A program made the translations under genes and the position numbers. Of a DNA stretch of 64,000 nucleotides, positions 1-9,448 are shown in pieces. The notes under the pieces were generated by a model. That model was given only the letters and a program-made list of their open reading frames with translations, searched no databases and was not told the DNA's origin. Positions within the stretch are counted from its first letter, which is position 1, and every line of letters begins with the position of its first letter. Source of the stretch: an uncultured Candidatus Saccharibacteria bacterium (GTDB lineage: Bacteria > Patescibacteriota > Saccharimonadia > Saccharimonadales > CAYVSP01); contig CAYVSP010000001.1 in assembly GCA_964453655.1 (NCBI GenBank), forward strand, positions 645-64,644. Reading direction: 5' to 3'.

Positions 1-77
1 AACAACACAATTCCACCAACTATAGCCAATACATAATACCGCCGAGCTAACTTGGTTTTACTGCTCATGCTTCTAGT

Positions 78-602
78 TTACAGCCGGGGCACCACAATAT
101 CAGCAATTTTTCGTGGTAAGTCTGGCACACGGCCGTCTATCGCACCGGAACCGGCTGTAATAATTGTCCAATATTGACCTTTTAAAACATTAAGCTGGCC
201 GTTCGATTGGCTCCAATAGGCACTATCGCCATAACCGCTTACGTTAACAGCATCTTCAGGTCGGCCATTACTAAATTCACTTTTCATATCATTTGGTGTA
301 CTAGCTTGCAAAAGTACCGAGGCATTAACTACGTCCGATAAGCTGCCGGGATCGTATCTGTATGTGCAAGTAGTTACGGCCTGCCCAGCCGAAGCGCTAT
401 CTGTCTGGCTTGGTGTCTGCGTTGTTCCACTACCTAATACGCTCTGAGCATCGTCGCTGGTAAAAACGTCACAAGCTTTTTTAAAGCTACTAGCTGCTAT
501 TGCCGGAGCATTTTTGCTTTTTGAGCGCAAACCAAGCCAACCGGCACTAATGCCGACACCCACCAGTATTAATAGCAAACTAATAACCAGACTTTTTCGC
601 AT
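78..602 (-). CDS. Secreted/membrane-anchored hypothetical protein. It has an N-terminal signal/anchor and a Ser/Thr/Gln-rich mature region with two Cys.
   Basis: ORF translation starts MRKSLVISLLLILVGVGISAGW, a hydrophobic leader. I recognise no catalytic motif. Confidence 0.45.
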   Translation of the reverse strand: MRKSLVISLLLILVGVGISAGWLGLRSKSKNAPAIAASSFKKACDVFTSDDAQSVLGSGTTQTPSQTDSASAGQAVTTCTYRYDPGSLSDVVNASVLLQASTPNDMKSEFSNGRPEDAVNVSGYGDSAYWSQSNGQLNVLKGQYWTIITAGSGAIDGRVPDLPRKIADIVVPRL

Positions 603-639
603 ATTTACCTCTTGATTTTGAAAGTATTATACGCGACTA

Positions 640-1068
640 TCAGCCTAAGTAGTAAGCAGGCAGATCTTCAGCGGGCCGAGGCCTGTATTGAGACGTCTCA
701 ATTTGGGCGCGGATTCGAGCTGCTTCTGCCAGGTTACCAGCATATTGCTGAACGGCTGCTACCTGTTCAGCTTCAATGAGCGGAAATATATGCCCGTCAA
801 AGATAGCATGTTCATAATGATGCCGATGACCATTTTCTATTGACCATCTGATAACCCCTGCTGGAACAACTATTCTTCTGGCTCTTTCTAATGTCTTGTC
901 TTCTTCTGAAAAAACCAATACCTCTTCATCTCGGCTATCTATATCGTCTATGGTAACCTGGTCTGCTGTGGCACCTAAATCTGTTAGGTGCGTAAACTCG
1001 TCTGCCAAAAGTTCATACACACGTAATTCGCGTAAATAACCCAGGTCTCCTTCAGTGAGATGTCCCAT
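640..1068 (-). CDS. Hypothetical acidic cytoplasmic protein.
   Basis: 142-aa ORF in the same orientation as, and just upstream of, the 78..602 gene. No recognisable motif. Confidence 0.35.
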   Translation of the reverse strand: MGHLTEGDLGYLRELRVYELLADEFTHLTDLGATADQVTIDDIDSRDEEVLVFSEEDKTLERARRIVVPAGVIRWSIENGHRHHYEHAIFDGHIFPLIEAEQVAAVQQYAGNLAEAARIRAQIETSQYRPRPAEDLPAYYLG

Positions 1069-1187
1069 TACAGTGTTTTACTTTTAAATATGTATCTTTT
1101 ACCTTCTATGTATATTATACCGCTTATGTAAAGGAGTTTATGCACATGGTTTGATTATATTGAAGAAATATTGTATTTTAATGTCCA

Positions 1188-1460
1188 ATGACTGGTCTTG
1201 ATCAGAGTAAGGTTGAAGTGCCGATAATTGCAGGCAATCCGATTGCCGCTGGCGACTATATTCTTCGACATGAAGTTATCGAAGTACCGGAAGCCAATAG
1301 GTTCGACGTAACAATCTCAGTTGCCGATGTGTCAGACCCAGTAGATGTACGTGAGGACAACGATGGTATATTGGCAGTTGCATTTAAGTCATTTGTTACT
1401 AGAACGCTTCCTGCTCGTTATAACTCAGCTCCGCGGAGCGATTACCTGATGTCCCTGTAA
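1188..1460 (+). CDS. Small hypothetical protein. It may be the 5' part of a frameshifted gene continuing in 1478..1768.
   Basis: 90-aa ORF followed 18 nt later by a 96-aa ORF in another frame on the same strand. Confidence 0.25.
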   Translation: MTGLDQSKVEVPIIAGNPIAAGDYILRHEVIEVPEANRFDVTISVADVSDPVDVREDNDGILAVAFKSFVTRTLPARYNSAPRSDYLMSL

Positions 1461-1477
1461 TACACTTTGATAACGTT

Positions 1478-1768
1478 ATGCGTATTCCTAATCTACTCCA
1501 TTCAGTCGATGGAGTTCCCGCCGCTGTCGATCTATTAGTCAATAATGCTCATTATAGAGAAGCAGGCAATTCTTGGATCGCTACAACCATTGGCTTGCCA
1601 GTTTTACGGCCATTTATGCGAACACTCTTTTTAGCTAGTGGCTCGGGTGAAATTGATGTTCCGTTTATTCCTATCGAACAAACATATCCGCAAAAGCGCG
1701 CCCTAGCCGTCAGCTATCTTATTGGCAAAGTGCTTGGTGAATTCTTGGTTATGCGTCCCCACCAATAA
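1478..1768 (+). CDS. Small hypothetical protein.
   Basis: 96-aa ORF. A terminator hairpin follows it directly. Confidence 0.3.
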   Translation: MRIPNLLHSVDGVPAAVDLLVNNAHYREAGNSWIATTIGLPVLRPFMRTLFLASGSGEIDVPFIPIEQTYPQKRALAVSYLIGKVLGEFLVMRPHQ

Positions 1769-1814
1769 ATTTGCTGAGCGGCAAGATGGCTGATACAAAA
1801 GACCTAAACAAAAA

Positions 1815-1838
1815 GAGCCCTTGCGGGCTCCTTTTGTT
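1815..1838 (+). terminator. Rho-independent terminator hairpin (GAGCCC-TTGC-GGGCTC followed by CTTTTGTT).
   Basis: Perfect 6-bp GC-rich inverted repeat with a 4-nt loop and a T-tract. An A-tract precedes it, so it could work in both directions. Confidence 0.55.
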
Positions 1839-2008
1839 CGCTACTTCGCTGTTTCCAGCTCGGTTGCTGAATCACCTCACGATGATCTGCTATTCAATAT
1901 ATGCCCACGGTTCATGCTTGTCAATATTTTTCGATGCTTTTCTTTTATAAAACGCCTCGGCTTATTTAGAAACTTTGCCGCATCCCTGAGCTGTGGGAAA
2001 ATTGGGCT

Positions 2009-2683
2009 ATGCGTATGATGCTTCGCTCAAAACGAATAGAGACATTTACAGACCGCTTTCCACTGGTTGGTCCCATTTTCTGGATTGTAAGTCTGCAGTT
2101 TTTTATTGTGCAATTTATCGTAGCCAAGGCTTGGCGTACGCCCTATAACCTAGCCAATAATCCAATCAGTGATTTGGGTAACACGGCCTGTGGCGTATAC
2201 GCTGGTCGTTTAGTCTGCTCGCCGCTTCACGCACTCATGAATACTTCGTTTATCGTCTTAGGCTTTACGATGGTGGTTGGCTCATTGCTTATTTACCATG
2301 AGTTTCTAGTTAAACGCGGCAGCGCCACCGGCTTTGGTTTTATGTCTTTAGCTGGAATCGGCACGATAATAGTGGGTATATTTGCCGAAAATACAATTTC
2401 CAGCCTGCATGCCTTCGGCGCAACTCTACCGTTTGTGTTAGGCAACTTGGCTTTACTAATTTTAGGGTTATCGCTTGATCTGCCGCGTAATTTTAGGATT
2501 TATTCTGTTCTATCAGGAATAGTAGCTCTATCGGCCTTTATTTTGTTTAGCATGAGCGTCTACCTGGGTCTTGGTGAGGGTGGCATGGAGCGAATTGTGG
2601 CCTATCCGCAAACTATTTGGCTGATTGCGTTTGGAATCTACATGTCCCGTAGCCATTACCTAGAAACTAAAGCGAAAGCATAG
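2009..2683 (+). CDS. Polytopic membrane protein (DUF998-like).
   Basis: Translation contains about 6 hydrophobic helices. The family assignment is from memory only. Confidence 0.45.
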   Translation: MRMMLRSKRIETFTDRFPLVGPIFWIVSLQFFIVQFIVAKAWRTPYNLANNPISDLGNTACGVYAGRLVCSPLHALMNTSFIVLGFTMVVGSLLIYHEFLVKRGSATGFGFMSLAGIGTIIVGIFAENTISSLHAFGATLPFVLGNLALLILGLSLDLPRNFRIYSVLSGIVALSAFILFSMSVYLGLGEGGMERIVAYPQTIWLIAFGIYMSRSHYLETKAKA

Positions 2684-2723
2684 GTTATTTAGAAAAGAGT
2701 ACTAAATATTAATGATGATCCGC

Positions 2724-3278
2724 TTACCTTCGTGGCCGAGTTACGCTCCATAGCATTGCCACTAACAGAACCATAAAAAAGGAATAAAAACCAACGATCC
2801 CATAGAGCTCAATCTTATAGCCTTCATTAAAATTAAGCACAAAGTAAGCCAGTGCTGTTGAAGTGTAGGCGGCAACGCATAACATTGCTGTTGATAAAAT
2901 AGCGCTGCGGCTTTTGAGTACAATAGAAACAATTAATGGCACCGTGTAGAGCATCACGGCGCGGGACGCCATACCCCGCTCTGTGTAAACTGCAAATGAA
3001 GCAACGGCCACATCAATTAATATCAAGGCAAAAACCAGTCGTTTGTAGAGGGCATTATCGCCTGCTTTGCCTTTGGCCAGATACCATACACCAGTTGTCA
3101 CGATCAATAGGAGTGCGGCCATAATCCAACGTCGTAATACTACCGCTGGCTCTATCAGTTTCCATGCGTCAAAGGTGATAATCTGAACGACAAAAAGAGC
3201 TGCATAAAAAAAATGTAAACGCGACATTCTAAGCACGTTAAGTCGAAGATCCGGCCGAGTTGGTTGTTTGTTTGCCAT
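2724..3278 (-). CDS. Polytopic membrane protein, hypothetical.
   Basis: 184-aa ORF with 5-6 predicted TM segments. Confidence 0.4.
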   Translation of the reverse strand: MANKQPTRPDLRLNVLRMSRLHFFYAALFVVQIITFDAWKLIEPAVVLRRWIMAALLLIVTTGVWYLAKGKAGDNALYKRLVFALILIDVAVASFAVYTERGMASRAVMLYTVPLIVSIVLKSRSAILSTAMLCVAAYTSTALAYFVLNFNEGYKIELYGIVGFYSFFMVLLVAMLWSVTRPRR

Positions 3279-3345
3279 TTTTTATGTTCTTATCTGGCTT
3301 CATTATAACACTTATGCTTAGGGCCCGCTGTGCTAGACTTTAGCC

Positions 3346-3720
3346 ATGACACGGCGGCAGTTATTGGTGCTACTTACTACTATTATTGGTAGCGGTATAG
3401 TGATCTTAGATGGAACTGTAGTCAATGTAGCTTTGCCGCATATTGCACGCGACCTAGGTGCCAGTTTTTCACAATTGCAGTGGATTGTTGATGGTTATCT
3501 CCTCAGCTTATCATCGCTTATTATTATAGGTGGTTCGCTTGGCGATATTTTAGGTCGAAAGCGCATGTACTTTATTGGCTTATTTGGCTTTGGGGTTACT
3601 TCTCTTCTCTGCGGTTTGGCCTTAATAAATACTAATTTTCCGAGTGATCTGCGTGGTCTCGCGATTGGTATCTCTGGAGTGCTTGGGCCGGCATTACCAC
3701 GGCTATTGGACGCAACTTAG
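3346..3720 (+). pseudogene. N-terminal remnant (TM1-4) of an MFS DHA2-family (EmrB/QacA-like) transporter. About 350 aa downstream are missing.
   Basis: The translation (ILDGTVVNVALPHIARDLGAS...LGDILGRKRMYFIGL) matches the conserved N-terminus of 14-TM drug exporters. The ORF stops after 124 aa and a convergent gene follows. Confidence 0.5.
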
Positions 3721-3747
3721 ACTAAAGTGTGAGATTTTAGTTACTAG

Positions 3748-4116
3748 CTAGCCGCCTAATTCAAAAATACGTTTATGGCCAAGGCCGTAGTAATGCGCCA
3801 GCTCGTGCCAGATGGTTTTGCGAATCTGGGCGCGAAGCTGATCGAGCGTAAAAACATGCATCAATAAAGGCCCCTTAAAAAGAGTAATCTTGTCGGGCAG
3901 CATCTTGGTGGTGCCTTGCCTTTGCGGCAAAGGAACGCCTTCGTACAAACCATATAGAGTTTGACCGTCGTGTAGATGCAACTGAGCGCGTTGTTCTGGC
4001 GTTGGTTCATCCTCTAAAACAATAGCCACATTTTCAACCTTAGCTAATTGTTTAGGCAAGCTGTCCATCGCTTCGGCAATTAATTTTTCAAACACATTAT
4101 CAGAAACTTCAAGCAT
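3748..4116 (-). CDS. Small zinc metallopeptidase family protein with an HExxHxxGxxH motif.
   Basis: C-terminal HELAHYYGLGH matches the metzincin-type zinc-binding consensus. Size is 122 aa. Confidence 0.55.
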   Translation of the reverse strand: MLEVSDNVFEKLIAEAMDSLPKQLAKVENVAIVLEDEPTPEQRAQLHLHDGQTLYGLYEGVPLPQRQGTTKMLPDKITLFKGPLLMHVFTLDQLRAQIRKTIWHELAHYYGLGHKRIFELGG

Positions 4117-4169
4117 GGTCTGATTGTAGCACTACAGTGCCCGAGGGGTTACAATGGTAGTTATAGGAG

Positions 4170-4652
4170 GTGTATATGGTTCAAAAAAAGAGCAGCAACT
4201 TAATGCTTGGCAGTCCGGCTTTTGCCAACAACACAGCTATTCCCCTTAAATACACCTGCCGAGGCGACAACATCAGTCCCCCATTGGTTATTACAAATGT
4301 ACCTGAACGTACTAAAAGCTTAGTGCTGATTTTGCATGATCCTGATGCGGTTGGACAGGATTTTACGCATTGGCTACTCTGGAATGTACCGCCTGACACA
4401 GTACAGATTGCTGAAAACTCTACCCCGTCGAGTGCAGTTGTAGGACCAAACGGCGCAAGTAAAACAGGCTATACCGGCCCTTGCCCTCCCGCCGGCACTG
4501 GCACCCACCGCTACATGTTTGAACTCTACGCAGTTGACACGACCCTAGCCTTGCCAGAAACAACCAAGCGCCCAGTGCTGGAGCAGTCGATTGAAGACCA
4601 TGTTTTATCGCGCTTTCTATTAACTGGTCTTTTTAGTGCTGAGCATCCTTGA
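4170..4652 (+). CDS. YbhB/YbcL-family phosphatidylethanolamine-binding (PEBP/Raf kinase inhibitor-like) protein.
   Basis: HDPDA...HWLLWN...GYTGPCPPAGTGTHRYMFELYA are the PEBP family signatures. A GGAGG ribosome-binding site lies upstream. Confidence 0.8.
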   Translation: MYMVQKKSSNLMLGSPAFANNTAIPLKYTCRGDNISPPLVITNVPERTKSLVLILHDPDAVGQDFTHWLLWNVPPDTVQIAENSTPSSAVVGPNGASKTGYTGPCPPAGTGTHRYMFELYAVDTTLALPETTKRPVLEQSIEDHVLSRFLLTGLFSAEHP

Positions 4653-5513
4653 AGACCGCCAGCTAGGCAGCATGTTGCGCCAAAAGTAGCTCACACCAAA
4701 ATAGGCGATCAAGGCATACAATCCGCCAATAATGGCATCAATGGCATAATGCTCGCCCTGATAAACCGTACCAATCCAAATTAATACTGGATATATCCAA
4801 GCCAGCCAGCGCCAGTTTGTTTTGAAAAGTTTCGTAATAAATAGTGCGAACAAGAGTGAATAAGCCGCATGCAAACTAGGAACGGCAGCAACTGGATTAG
4901 GCGTAATCTTGTTGTAAACACTGGGGAAGTCATGGATGCCAAAGGCATACCAAACAGAAGTGGAAACCCTGGCCACAGGTTCAATGATACCTTTTTCACT
5001 AGCCATCCACGGTGGGGCCGCTGGAAATATCAAAAAAGTCAAAAAACCCATGAACGAGACAGTTAAATAAGTCGCCACCACTCGCCAATAATCACTGTCT
5101 CTTAGTTTCCAAACCAGGACAGCTAAGGCAAACGGCAGCACAAAATGGAGCGTATAGGCGCCGTAGAACACAAAGTCATACCACATGACATGGCCGTGCC
5201 AGAGAACATTTTGTAGCAGCCTAGTAGGCAAATGTCCAAAAAACAGAAATCTATCGGCGGCGGGAAGGAATGTATAGTTTACGTGCTTATTGAGGTTTGG
5301 CACTAAACCGCGAAACGATTCATAGGCTAGAAGTAGCACCACAAACGGCACGAAGCGCTTTAAAGCTTCTTTAGCTTGTCCAAGTGCCATGAACAACACT
5401 GTCAAAAACACTAGAATTTTATCTGGTGTCGGAAAGCTCGGTTTAAAAGCAAAGACAATAATGCATAGAGCCGTACCAACAATGCCTATTAAGCGTGACA
5501 AGCTCAGTTTCAC
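4620..5513 (-). CDS. PAP2-superfamily-like integral membrane protein (lipid phosphatase/transferase fold).
   Basis: PSLHAAYS resembles the PSGH motif and GEHYAIDAIIG resembles SRx5Hx3D. The protein is polytopic. The first KX6RP motif is not obvious. Confidence 0.45.
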   Translation of the reverse strand: MKLSLSRLIGIVGTALCIIVFAFKPSFPTPDKILVFLTVLFMALGQAKEALKRFVPFVVLLLAYESFRGLVPNLNKHVNYTFLPAADRFLFFGHLPTRLLQNVLWHGHVMWYDFVFYGAYTLHFVLPFALAVLVWKLRDSDYWRVVATYLTVSFMGFLTFLIFPAAPPWMASEKGIIEPVARVSTSVWYAFGIHDFPSVYNKITPNPVAAVPSLHAAYSLLFALFITKLFKTNWRWLAWIYPVLIWIGTVYQGEHYAIDAIIGGLYALIAYFGVSYFWRNMLPSWRSSRMLSTKKTS

Positions 5514-5528
5514 ATAACCAATTGTAGC

Positions 5529-5695
5529 CTACCAGCTATAGTCTATAAACTCTTTGTAGAACTCATCTATTCGCTGCAGCTGCTCTACATCATTCAACTG
5601 TAAGGGCCGCTTGGCAAACCCTTTTATTGAACGGCGCATATACTTAATAGGCAGCCGTGACCTTTTTCTTTTTATGAATGTAGCATTGTCTTTCA
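5529..5695 (-). CDS. Possible small basic ORF (55 aa), hypothetical.
   Basis: Reverse-strand ORF MKDNATFIKRKRSRLPIKYMRRSIKGFAKRPLQLNDVEQLQRIDEFYKEFIDYSW lies just upstream of the PAP2-like gene. It was not in the ORF track because it is under 60 aa. Confidence 0.15.
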
Positions 5696-5967
5696 TCCTG
5701 CTACCCTCCCTCTGTGCTTTATAGTATGAAGGAAATATGCGAACTTACCGTGCTTATGCTCACTTATAGCCTGTGATATATATCACTCCGTCGACAAAAC
5801 AGCTCATTCACCGTATAATCACCCCTGTCTTAGGCCTTTTGCGAGGCTAAACCAAGGAGACGATTTACTCGGCTCGACTGTTTAGCAGATTAGGAGGAGA
5901 AGCTGACCATGAGGTAAAGTAGCAAAATAAATTTTCTACGAACAAAAAGGTCATGCTTCGACGACGA

Positions 5968-6041
5968 TGGGGAGTGGCCAAGCGGTAAGGCACTGGGTTC
6001 TGGTCCCAGGATCGGGGGTTCGAATCCCTCCTCCCCAGCCA
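5968..6041 (+). tRNA. tRNA-Gln (anticodon CTG).
   Basis: TGGGGAG acceptor, GCC..GGC D-arm, anticodon loop TTCTGGT, T-loop TTCGAAT, and an encoded CCA. Confidence 0.85.
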
Positions 6042-6093
6042 TGCAGAAGCAGCTAGAAAACCTTTGAAGTTTTTTATTTGCTACAATTTGGTT

Positions 6094-6480
6094 ATGTCCT
6101 CTGAGCAAAATGCGCAAGTCGATGCATTTATAAATGCCCTGCCTAAATGGCAGCAAGAAACATGTACGACAATTCGTCGTCTTATACACAAAGCTGAACC
6201 AGAGATAAAAGAAGTTATCAAGCGTCATGATCGACCTTATTTCGTGCTTGCAGGCAATATTTGCGCATTTCAAGCAACTAAAGATCATATCAACGTTTTC
6301 ATCTACGACCCTATAGCGCCCGATCCGCAGAAAATTATCAACCAAGGTCAAGACAATAAAACAGCCCGCTCAATACAACTCTTTACAGGTGACGAAGTTA
6401 ACCGAAAAGCATTTATGGATTTAGTCCAAGCTGTGGCGAATAATAATCGGGCTGGCGGTTGGCGAAAGCTTAAACATTAG
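6094..6480 (+). CDS. DUF1801 (YdhG/YdeI-like) domain protein.
   Basis: The translation resembles the DUF1801 family. I placed the start at MSSEQ because the ORF-track start overlaps the tRNA trailer. Confidence 0.5.
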   Translation: MSSEQNAQVDAFINALPKWQQETCTTIRRLIHKAEPEIKEVIKRHDRPYFVLAGNICAFQATKDHINVFIYDPIAPDPQKIINQGQDNKTARSIQLFTGDEVNRKAFMDLVQAVANNNRAGGWRKLKH

Positions 6481-6658
6481 CTTGTTTCTAGCACTATCAA
6501 TACTTCTTCAATCAAACTTCTTAAGTTAGTTTTGGATTGATGTAAGTCAAATTAATACTTACTGTCAATCAAATTCACATAAATCAGAGTGTGGTTTTTC
6601 TTGCTGCATGCCGGCGTAAGGTTAGCTATAGTAAGGCCGTTAAGTAAGAGGTTTCAAT

Positions 6659-7162
6659 ATGAGCAACAGTGATATTCTAGGTCTAGTCAGCACAAATCAA
6701 GCCGTGGCTCCGTCGGCCGGCGCCCAAAAACAGCAGACTGCCCAGAAGCTGGTTAAAGCAATTGGCAATTCTCACGATGTTTTGTTTAGGGCTCGCACGG
6801 TGTTTCCCCTCACTTTGTTTCCAGATACCATTTCGATTGATCGTACCAAAATAACCGTTACTCATCGCGATTTTCTAAGAGCAGGTGAGGTGCTCAGCAT
6901 AAGCATTGAGGATATTTTGAACGTTACAGCTACCGTTGGTCCGCTGTTTGGCTCAATCAAACTATCTACCAGATTTTTTGACCCCGATAAGCCATATGAA
7001 ATTGATCATTTTTGGCGGGCAGATGCACTTAAAATTAAGCGGATCGCTCAAGGTTACGTAATTGCCCGACAAAAAAAGATAGACTGTTCCGCGCTATCCA
7101 CGCCCGAACTTGCCAAGATGTTAGATGAACTTGGTAAAGTCAGTGGCCCAGATAAGGTCTAG
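6659..7162 (+). CDS. Hypothetical protein, possibly with a bacterial PH-like fold.
   Basis: 167-aa ORF with alternating hydrophobic beta-like segments. No catalytic motif. Confidence 0.35.
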   Translation: MSNSDILGLVSTNQAVAPSAGAQKQQTAQKLVKAIGNSHDVLFRARTVFPLTLFPDTISIDRTKITVTHRDFLRAGEVLSISIEDILNVTATVGPLFGSIKLSTRFFDPDKPYEIDHFWRADALKIKRIAQGYVIARQKKIDCSALSTPELAKMLDELGKVSGPDKV

Positions 7163-7302
7163 CCACTGCTTAATTTACCACCAATGACATTTGATTTTTG
7201 TTTTAATGACGATGACACGAATCCTAATAAAACAGACATCTTAGAAGGTTTCAGTAACTAGCTGCTTCACAAATTAATAAAAGCATGGTTTAATATTCGT
7301 CT

Positions 7303-7941
7303 ATGGCTGTCCCTTTGGCGCAAGTCGGACTAGTTCACGGCTCTGGCTTTGAACTAGCATATAATATACCAGTTATTTCTTACGGTTCTCGTTACAATGC
7401 AGACAGGGCCGCAGAATTACTTTTAGCTGGAAGCATTGACAAGGTAATATGCAGCGGGCGAGGGCCGGTGTATGGCGAAGATTATCCTGTAACCGAAGCC
7501 AAGCTTATGGCGGACTATCTAGTGGCTCAGGACGTTGACCACAACAAAATTGTTGTTGAAGATACTTCTACATCATCTGTGGCAAACTGGGCATATTCAG
7601 TACCAATAATCCAATCACTAGAAGCAACAAGGGTCCTTGGGATAGCGGCAAAACTCTGTGTTCCTCGTATGCAAAAGATTGGCGATTTTGTAGCCTTTAG
7701 AAGCGGATTTGATGTGGTTGGTTATGTCCCTTCGGCAGAGAGTAGTAGACCTAAAGGCTTTATACGTGAACTACTCGTGGGAGAAGTAACTCGACGATTC
7801 CTGGCTGACAACCTGAATACTTCTGTTGATGGGCTTGGGAAAGCCTATGAGGAATACAAAGCACAAATTGGCATTGCAGGATTAAATTTAGCTACTGCAA
7901 AGAGATTTATTCATCGTTATTCAGCGCCTCCCAGCAGATAG
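7303..7941 (+). CDS. DUF218 (YdcF/SanA/ElyC-family) protein.
   Basis: KVICSGRG...AKLMADYLVAQDVDHNKIVVEDTSTSSVANWAYS matches the DUF218 core (GG-loop, then the E-D-S-x-T region). Confidence 0.6.
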   Translation: MAVPLAQVGLVHGSGFELAYNIPVISYGSRYNADRAAELLLAGSIDKVICSGRGPVYGEDYPVTEAKLMADYLVAQDVDHNKIVVEDTSTSSVANWAYSVPIIQSLEATRVLGIAAKLCVPRMQKIGDFVAFRSGFDVVGYVPSAESSRPKGFIRELLVGEVTRRFLADNLNTSVDGLGKAYEEYKAQIGIAGLNLATAKRFIHRYSAPPSR

Positions 7942-7978
7942 CTAGGAATCTATCCTGGAGTAGTTACTCAGATGCGCT

Positions 7979-9448
7979 TTACTTAATAACGTATCTTCGA
8001 CCGAGGCGCTTGACCTTGGCAACCTTTACAGTTTTTGGCGAATCACCCGCAGCGCTTAGCATTTCTTCCCTAATTTCTTGTAAAAGTGATCCGTCTTTCT
8101 TGAGAGCAGTCGTAGTTGCACCAGAAAGTACCGCATACTGCATGTATGGTAGCGCTTCCTCAATCCCTTGCTTGCCAATAACTTGTCTGGCCGTTTCGAC
8201 AGCCCGCTTGCCGCCCACTTTAGTAGCTGAGGATGCAATAAACTCGACTGTATCTTTATAAAAAGACCGCTTCTTCACAGTGCTCTCGGCAAAGCCAAAG
8301 TCAATCAACCAAGGCAGGTTAGTTTTATTCTCCACCATAACATTGGCAGTCCTTAAGTCTTTATGAATAATCCGGGCAGCGTGTAGCTTTGCTATCTGCT
8401 GCCAGCAATCCTTCAGCAATTTATCGGTAATTAGCTTCTTGTCCATTTTATCTAAACCAACGGCATCCAGCCGTTTGCTAGCCATCGCATATGAACTCGT
8501 GCCAACGTTAAATACACCGATCATGTCCGGAACACGTACACCCGCCAACTGTTTGGCCAGAATTGTCAGGTAAGCCTCGTGCTCAATGGTACGTTTTGGG
8601 GTTAAGGACGGCACCTCGTCTTCCAGCCTGCGATACTGTAAACGACGAATTAATTTAAACAACCAGTCAGCCGCATTATTGTCTTTATTAAATACTTTAA
8701 CGAAAATAAGGCCGCCATCATATTTACCAAAAAACGGCACCGAGCCACGGGCATCAACCGAAGCCAGCTTGAGGGTCAGCCCTGTCATGCCACTATCTTG
8801 CAGCCTTCGGGTCAATTTTTTCACGCTAATAGGGTGGTAAATTGAACCAAGCATTAAATTAACAGCGCTATAGCAAAAAAGTCCAACCGCATAACCGGCA
8901 ACTACATCTACCGGAAGGCAGATCCCCAAATACATATTTGAAAGCCCAACCAAAAAGATTGCTAACAGCAGCCAGCGACGCATAGAACGCGGAGTATACA
9001 GCGCCAGCACTAGCCCTGTAGCTGTCGCGGTGGCCATCAAAGCCGAAGGAAAGCCTGTCCAGCTTACCTGAACACGTGGTACAACGTAGTTGAGCATATT
9101 CTGCGGCTGAGCCCGTAAATCCCAATTTTTAAGCAATAAGGCGAGAGCATCTGCTGTAATTGCGGCAGTGGATAACCTGATAGTAATATCAACGCGTTTA
9201 CGTGCTAAGAAATAAATGCTTATTAGTATGGCAAAAAAGACTGTACCAAATGCAGAGATAACTACGAAAAACGGTTTGATTAGATCACCTAGTTTGTATA
9301 GCAAGTCAAAGAAGGCTTGCTCAACAGGTCCGACGTTCGAACGTGAAGCAACCAACGCGCACAACAAAAAAAGAAGAATTGCGCCCACAGCATAAAACAC
9401 ATAAATGGGGTTCTTGGCATACACCACCCGCTTTTTGGCGCTACTCAT
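7979..9448 (-). CDS. Membrane-anchored atypical protein-kinase-like protein (Kdo/RIO/Bud32-type catalytic core) fused to an N-terminal polytopic, degenerate PAP2-like domain.
   Basis: HKDLRTANVMV...LIDFGFAE is a kinase catalytic loop plus DFG motif. A conserved Lys-containing strand sits upstream. The N-terminal ~200 aa carry 5-6 TM helices and an FPSAL motif where PAP2 proteins have PSGH. Confidence 0.55.
   Translation of the reverse strand: MSSAKKRVVYAKNPIYVFYAVGAILLFLLCALVASRSNVGPVEQAFFDLLYKLGDLIKPFFVVISAFGTVFFAILISIYFLARKRVDITIRLSTAAITADALALLLKNWDLRAQPQNMLNYVVPRVQVSWTGFPSALMATATATGLVLALYTPRSMRRWLLLAIFLVGLSNMYLGICLPVDVVAGYAVGLFCYSAVNLMLGSIYHPISVKKLTRRLQDSGMTGLTLKLASVDARGSVPFFGKYDGGLIFVKVFNKDNNAADWLFKLIRRLQYRRLEDEVPSLTPKRTIEHEAYLTILAKQLAGVRVPDMIGVFNVGTSSYAMASKRLDAVGLDKMDKKLITDKLLKDCWQQIAKLHAARIIHKDLRTANVMVENKTNLPWLIDFGFAESTVKKRSFYKDTVEFIASSATKVGGKRAVETARQVIGKQGIEEALPYMQYAVLSGATTTALKKDGSLLQEIREEMLSAAGDSPKTVKVAKVKRLGRRYVIK

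Noticed and set aside
5890-6351. 153-aa reverse-strand ORF.
   Set aside because: It spans the tRNA-Gln gene and the 5' end of the DUF1801 gene on the opposite strand and has no ribosome-binding site, so it is spurious.
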